From the IMG/VR virus record IMGVR_UViG_3300037486_000437, positions 1 to 54,324 of that record: a stretch of DNA of 54,324 nt. One strand, 5' to 3'. This document shows, in pieces, positions 50,001 through 54,324 of this stretch. Origin of the DNA: a virus. Taxonomy: Duplodnaviria > Caudoviricetes. How positions within the stretch are numbered: position 1 is the first letter of the stretch; each line of letters starts with the position of its first letter. The notes under the pieces were generated by a model. It searched no databases and was not told where the DNA came from. It worked only from the letters and a program-made list of their open reading frames with translations. A program made the translations under genes and the position numbers.

Positions 50001-53000
50001 CCTGGCACTGCCAAAGCCACTATTTGGCGCGGCCGCCCAGCCGGCCAGCGCCGCAAACTCCGCGATGATGGCCTGGATCGTATTGCTGATGCTGCCGAGC
50101 ACCGGCACGGCGCCCGCCGTCAGACCCAGCGCGAAGCCGGCCATCATGTCCTGGCCGATCTGCGCGAACACCTTCGACGGCGAGCTGATGCCCAAGATCT
50201 TGCGCGCCCACACCGGCAAGGCATCAAAAAGCTCTTGCGCCCGCCGCAGCAGATGGTCCTTCATGTCGATGATGCCCTGCGCCAGGCCGGCGATGATGTC
50301 GCGCCCGACGTTATAGAGCAGTTGCGTCGGGTTGGGGATCGCGTCTACGACCTGCTTTGCCACCGCCTTGATCGCCTTCTCGACCTCGCGCAACTCGGCG
50401 GCGATGCCATCGACAAAGCCCTTGATGGTATCCTGGCTGGCCTTGGTCAACTGCTTATCCCACGCCACGAGCTTGTCAACCTCGGCCATGACGCCGGTCC
50501 ACCAGTCGGCAATCGACTTGGCGGTCGCGGCTTTATTCTTATCGCGCTCCACCGCCCAGGCATCCAACATGCCCTGCCACCAGGTCTCCAGCGCCTTTGC
50601 CTGCGCCGCTTTGTTTTTGTCGCGCTCGACGGCCCACGCATCCAGGCCGTTCTGCCACATGGTTTGCAGCCGGGCCGCGGTCGCCTTGCCCCACTCGACG
50701 CTCTTTTTGTCGAACTCGCCCAGCACGGCCCACACCCAAACGCCGATCTGCTTGATCGTGTCGGCCGTCAACTGCTTGCCGCCCGTGTCCCACCAGGTCA
50801 CAAAGTTGTTCCACAGCTTGTCGCCGAGGCTCTTGAACTTGGCATCTGTGGTCACGGGCGAGGCCAACAGGGAGGTCAGCAGACTGCCCAGCCACGCAGC
50901 GATCTTGCCGATGGTATCGAGCGCCAACTGGCTGCCGCCGGTATCCCACCACTTGGCGAAGGTGCCCCACAGATCGCCGATGATCTTGCCCAGCAGGGCG
51001 ACCCAGGAGGGCAACTGCGCCGCCACGGTGCTGACCAGGTTGGCGATCCAACTGGCGATCTTGCCGATGGTATCGAGCACCAACTGCGCGCCGCCGGTAT
51101 CCCACCACGTTGCAAATACCTTCCAAAGCGCCCCAATGACATTGAGCAGCGTCTGCGACAGCGCCGGAAGCTGGGCGATCAGCGCCGTTACCAGCGTACC
51201 GATCCAACCCACGATCTTGCCGAGCACGTCGGTCGTCAACTGCGCGCCGCCCGTCTCCCACCACGCTGAGAACGCCGCCCACAGCCCGCCGATGGCGCTC
51301 TTGAGCTGCGCGATCCAGCCCGGCAGCGCCGTCCAGATCTGCCCGACCAACGCCACCAGCCACGCGCCGATCTGCCCCAACACGGTCGTCGCCAACGCCT
51401 GCCCGCTGGTCGCCCACCACGCCGTGATGCCGGCCCAAATGCGATTGATGGCGCCGCCGATCTGCGTCTGCCACGTCGGCCAGTTCGCCGTCACAAAGGC
51501 GCTCAAGTCGGTGAATGCCTGGCCGAGGTAGGCGATCAGCTTTTGCCCCACGGCCGGCCAGCCGCCGGTATCGAAAGCCGCCTTCAGCTCGTTGAACTTC
51601 TGCTGCACGCCCAACACCAGCGTGCCGATCGGCAGCACTGCCTCCGGTCCGAACGCTGAGCGGATCGCCAGCAGCAGCTCGCCGCGCTGGATGAAGCCGA
51701 TCACCTCCTGCGCCTGCGTGATGAACGTCGTCAGCGCCGTGCCGATGCCCTGCCCGAACGCGTGCACCCGCGCCAGGAATGCCGGGCTGCTGAACAAATC
51801 CACCATGCCGGTCGCCAGCGGCTTCAGCGCCTCGAAGACGCCCGTGAACAGCTCGCGCAGCCCGATCTTCTTGATGTCTTCCAGCGATGAGAGCAGCCCG
51901 GAGATGGTCTGCGTCTGCTTCTTGGCCGCGCCGCCGAAGTCGCTCTCCAGGCTCTCGACGATGGCCTTGATGGCCTTGTCGGCCGGGATCAGCCCCTGCT
52001 CGCGCATCCGCACGATTTCAGCCGTGCTCTTGCCGAACGCCTTGGCCAGGATCGCATCCACGTTGACGCCGACCTCGGTGAGCTGCATCACCTCCTGGCC
52101 GGCCAGCTTGCCGCGCGCCTGGATCTGCCCCAGCGCCAGGCTGATGCGCCTCATCGCCTCGCTGGTCTGCCCGCTGCCGGAAGCGTAGTCGATCATCGCC
52201 TGTGTCAGGCGCTTGGCGCTCACCACGTTGGCGTCCATGGAGTCGGCCACGAAGCCATAGCTCATGGCCATCCTGAAGGCCGCCGCCACGCCCTCCTGGT
52301 CGAAGGGACTGTTGATCGCCAGCAGCTCCGTCCAACGCACCAGCTCCTTGGCCTTGATAGCCGCCTCGCCCTGCACCTCCGCCAGCGTCTTGGTCAGTGT
52401 GGTGTTGGTCTGCGTGATGTCGACGACCTGGCCCTGCTTGCCGGCCAGCTTGGCGTATTCCGCCGTCGTCTCGCCCAGTTGCGCCCGCAGTTTCTCCATC
52501 TGCGCGGCGTGCGTCTTGACCGCCAGGCCCTCCTCGCCCCACTTGAGCGTCAGTTGGCGATGGCGTTCGGTCTCCTCTTGCAGCTTGGCCGCTTGCAGCT
52601 CCCGCTCGCGCCCCAGGTCGGCCAGCTTGGCCGTTTCCTGCTCGGTGAGCTGCACCCGCTGCTGGCCGATCTTGACCGTCTCGGTGACGGCGCTGGCGTT
52701 GCGCAGCTCGCGGGCGATCAGCGACTCCAGCGACATATTGAGCCGCTCGTAACTGCCGACCGCGCCCAGCGCCTCGCGCCCCAGGCTCACCACCGCCCCG
52801 GCGAGCTTCTCGATCCCCTGCACCAGCACGCCGCCGATGGCAAATTCTGCGATGCGCCCCAGGCTGCCCGTGATGTTGCCGATCGCGCCGCTCAGACCGG
52901 CGGTCGCGTTGCCCCAGTTGATGCCATGATACGCACCGGCTACTTTCTGCGCGTTGTCGTGCGCCGCACGCTCAACATCCCGCAGCCCGGTGTAGTAATC

Positions 53001-53051
53001 CATCGCATCCAGCCCGTAGCTGGCCATCAGTTTGGCGACTTCTAGGCTCAT
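47079..53051 (-). CDS. Tape measure protein
   Basis: 1990 aa; tape-measure N-terminal domain 'SPFD...ALGQIQARGKL..QE..QL.E.G', Trp-periodic repeats, 'LGISSPSKVF'. Confidence 0.93.
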   Translation of the reverse strand: MSLEVAKLMASYGLDAMDYYTGLRDVERAAHDNAQKVAGAYHGINWGNATAGLSGAIGNITGSLGRIAEFAIGGVLVQGIEKLAGAVVSLGREALGAVGSYERLNMSLESLIARELRNASAVTETVKIGQQRVQLTEQETAKLADLGRERELQAAKLQEETERHRQLTLKWGEEGLAVKTHAAQMEKLRAQLGETTAEYAKLAGKQGQVVDITQTNTTLTKTLAEVQGEAAIKAKELVRWTELLAINSPFDQEGVAAAFRMAMSYGFVADSMDANVVSAKRLTQAMIDYASGSGQTSEAMRRISLALGQIQARGKLAGQEVMQLTEVGVNVDAILAKAFGKSTAEIVRMREQGLIPADKAIKAIVESLESDFGGAAKKQTQTISGLLSSLEDIKKIGLRELFTGVFEALKPLATGMVDLFSSPAFLARVHAFGQGIGTALTTFITQAQEVIGFIQRGELLLAIRSAFGPEAVLPIGTLVLGVQQKFNELKAAFDTGGWPAVGQKLIAYLGQAFTDLSAFVTANWPTWQTQIGGAINRIWAGITAWWATSGQALATTVLGQIGAWLVALVGQIWTALPGWIAQLKSAIGGLWAAFSAWWETGGAQLTTDVLGKIVGWIGTLVTALIAQLPALSQTLLNVIGALWKVFATWWDTGGAQLVLDTIGKIASWIANLVSTVAAQLPSWVALLGKIIGDLWGTFAKWWDTGGSQLALDTIGKIAAWLGSLLTSLLASPVTTDAKFKSLGDKLWNNFVTWWDTGGKQLTADTIKQIGVWVWAVLGEFDKKSVEWGKATAARLQTMWQNGLDAWAVERDKNKAAQAKALETWWQGMLDAWAVERDKNKAATAKSIADWWTGVMAEVDKLVAWDKQLTKASQDTIKGFVDGIAAELREVEKAIKAVAKQVVDAIPNPTQLLYNVGRDIIAGLAQGIIDMKDHLLRRAQELFDALPVWARKILGISSPSKVFAQIGQDMMAGFALGLTAGAVPVLGSISNTIQAIIAEFAALAGWAAAPNSGFGSARAVLEPLSDMLTDLQGILEGLDALAEFVPRANLAAKIAPLLESVKAIVRGFAELSGWAADPAHGFGGAKAVLAPLGEMLESLVPVLDAVTALAAYDTALAKTQAGAARVIEALKVVIGKLAELNRTLDPAALTDALDLARVLGLLAEGLAAVPTLLETIDGALSLSERLLRGFVIPDIAQLRRVGAFIAQLVTVVGEAAALVDDELRAAAIQLAESVGPVLAIVGDALDAIGDIGAYVRLSPQAFLLLYLNTNQIANFISLLINWLGQNGARLAASLLEAAQRLVEAVGPALALVKTAIDAIGDIGAYVRLSPQAFLLLYLNTNQIANFLSLLINWLGQASAAFKVGVLAAAQRLVEAAGPALDVIWLTLRMIETLGAYVRLSPQAFGILHLNTMQIGSFLRVLVDWLGQCGATLALDVLAGAKRLVDAAGPALALVKTALDAIGAVREYVPLPSLNAVDVSLQQLVTFIKRLVNLLGTASAMITEDVLTAAQKLAAAGSALGIVKSGVDALVAIKDYVPLASLNAVDKSLQQLVTFIKRLVNLLGTASALITDELLAAAAKLATAAGPALGIVKSGVEALTALGDYVAPAALAVDAFVADVGRLVGQLATWAAGNLTEALVKAAQDFGAATAHLFNGLGSALTALRGVVEYVGPTEDALSRFMADVEALVGQLATWAAGNLTEEAAKAAGFFGTAAGALFGGLANAVSVFKDLQSYIPVLNSRIQGFLDSVTYAYNLIQTYAAGAGVQAATAATTAFATAAGGVFGMLGTALGVVKQLTDGAASSALTFKIRMADLIERISGTLHAWREYVAQEDLVSWLPTAAEFGTALEQVFGVLERALNLFTALGEHGLPSMAQFQDFLDYVAAVMQSIAGGLGGGGDAESLGEGLGSAIGHGMALGLLGATAEVQAAARQLALAVEPGLAGLLGGSYTVTSERRVVVEFTGQAGGGVPLDPAQFELLKSALAYEIRIGA

Positions 53052-53097
53052 CGCATCCTCACCCGCAGCACAGGAGGCAGGCGTCAGGAATCAGGGG

Positions 53098-53301
53098 TCA
53101 GGCCCCGTCTGTCGTCTGTCGTCCATCGTCTGTCGTCCGCAACGGCACAATCACCCCGCAGCGGCTCTTGCGCGTGCAGCGCACGCTCACTGTCGCCGCG
53201 CCCGGCGCGCACGCCGCCCAGTCAAACACCGACCAGAAGAGCGTCCGCCCGCAGTGGGGACACGTCACCCGCCGCAATTCCGCAGAGACTATTGTCGTCA
53301 C
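53098..53301 (-). CDS. Small zinc-ribbon (Mu Com-like) protein
   Basis: CPHCGRTL...VRCTRKSRC; GTGA coupling to the upstream gene. Confidence 0.5.
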   Translation of the reverse strand: MTTIVSAELRRVTCPHCGRTLFWSVFDWAACAPGAATVSVRCTRKSRCGVIVPLRTTDDGRQTTDGA

Positions 53302-53714
53302 CCAGGCGTGCCCGTCCCCTGACTCCTGCCCCCTGACTCCTGCCCCCTGGCGCCCGCGATCTCCGCCGCCAACTGCTCCGGCGTCAACACGGTCACGTGC
53401 TTGGCCAGCGTCGGCGTCGCCATGAAACCCGCCAACCCGCTGCCCGCCGCGGCCGCCGTCCAGCCGGCCGCCTTGCTCAATTCCTTCGCCAGCCTCTCCG
53501 GCTCTTTGGCGTGCTGCGTCGTCAGCCATCGTAATTGTTCCTCAGCTTCCAGCGGCGCAATCTGGCTGGCATACGCCAACAGCCGCCGCCAGCGCGTGCG
53601 TCCTATCTCGCCGTCGCTCCAGCCGTAGCAGCGCGCGACTTTCGCGAGCGTGTAGGCGAGACTGCGCCCTGACTCCTGACCCCTGACCCCTGACTCCCGA
53701 CTCCCGACAAAGGG
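53298..53714 (-). CDS. Tail chaperone T segment (G-T fusion via -1 frameshift)
   Basis: The -1 frame is open from slippery C CCT TTG (53714-53708) through 'VARCYGWSDGEI' to the stop at 53298. Confidence 0.65.
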   Translation of the reverse strand, partial: PFVGSRESGVRGQESGRSLAYTLAKVARCYGWSDGEIGRTRWRRLLAYASQIAPLEAEEQLRWLTTQHAKEPERLAKELSKAAGWTAAAAGSGLAGFMATPTLAKHVTVLTPEQLAAEIAGARGQESGGRSQGTGTPG

Positions 53715-54324
53715 CTGGCCTGCAACTCGCGCAGCGCCTCCGTCATCGTCTCTTGCAGCAACGCATCCAGCGCCATGCGCACGCGCTGCCCCAACGCCAG
53801 GATCTCCGCCACCGTCGTGTCCGTCAGCGCGCTCGCCAGCAGCGCCGCCCCCAACTGCCGGACGACCTCAACTGACTCCTGATCCCTGCCCCCTGCCTCC
53901 TGCCCCCCGTCCCCGGCCGCCTCCGCCGCTTCCCGCAAGCGCAACGCCAACCCGAACGTCGCCAGCCGCAACGGATACAAGCCCCGCACCCGGCCGTGCA
54001 GCGTCACCTCCGCCAGCGCCGGCGGCGCCGGGGCCGTGAACGTCGGCGGCGCCATCGTCTGGAGCCAGCGCGCCAGCTCGAATACCTGCAGCAGCGTCAC
54101 CTGGTCGAGCTGCTGCCGCGCCGTCTCCGGCGCCACCGCCAGCTCCGCAATGCAATCGGCGATCCACAACGGCTGCGCCTCAGTCGTCCAGCCGGCCGGC
54201 GGCTGCGTCACCCGCCGCGCAAATGCCAGCGCCTCATCGCTCGTAAAATCCCGCAGCTCGATCGCGCCGGCGGGCAACAAAATACGCGCCGGCTCCAACA
54301 CCAGCGCGTCCAAATCCAACCGCG
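53603..54324 (-). CDS. Tail assembly chaperone G (3' part; starts at 149)
   Basis: Position between tube and tape measure; slippery site near the 3' end. Confidence 0.7.
   Translation of the reverse strand, partial: RLDLDALVLEPARILLPAGAIELRDFTSDEALAFARRVTQPPAGWTTEAQPLWIADCIAELAVAPETARQQLDQVTLLQVFELARWLQTMAPPTFTAPAPPALAEVTLHGRVRGLYPLRLATFGLALRLREAAEAAGDGGQEAGGRDQESVEVVRQLGAALLASALTDTTVAEILALGQRVRMALDALLQETMTEALRELQASPLSGVGSQGSGVRSQGAVSPTRSRKSRAATAGATAR
54198..54324. repeat. Terminal overlap, copy 2
   Basis: Identical to 1-127. Confidence 0.95.

Overview
The window is a complete circular genome of a temperate tailed phage: 54,197 bp plus a 127-bp assembly overlap (1-127 = 54198-54324), very GC-rich. 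The host is probably Chloroflexota, based on a GAAC-N4-GTTC LexA box, a secreted cargo protein ending in a Chloroflexi-type 'LYLP' motif, and no recognisable endolysin. Nearly all genes are on the minus strand: an early operon from cro (29851) leftwards, and a late operon from TerS/TerL through portal, protease, capsid, head-tail and tail tube, across the origin to the chaperones, tape measure and a giant tail protein. cI, a membrane protein and a large serine integrase are on the plus strand. Two systems stand out. (1) A probable virion O-glycosylation system: six glycosyltransferase genes, two with polypeptide-GalNAc-transferase-like motifs, plus an acyltransferase and a methyltransferase, all inside the structural operon; four of them lie directly upstream of a tail protein with a ~500-aa mucin-like Ser/Pro/Thr repeat. 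(2) An integrase-less integron platform inside the late operon: an attI-like site followed by two DNA-methyltransferase cassettes, each ending in a 120-bp attC, with a second attI-like copy in the early operon. Other observations are strand-biased heptamer tracts genome-wide, a LexA-controlled antirepressor/antisense unit, a probable attP inside the integrase 3' end matching a tRNA-Glu-type 3' end, and several small RNA candidates. All calls come from motif reading and gene order; no database searches were run.
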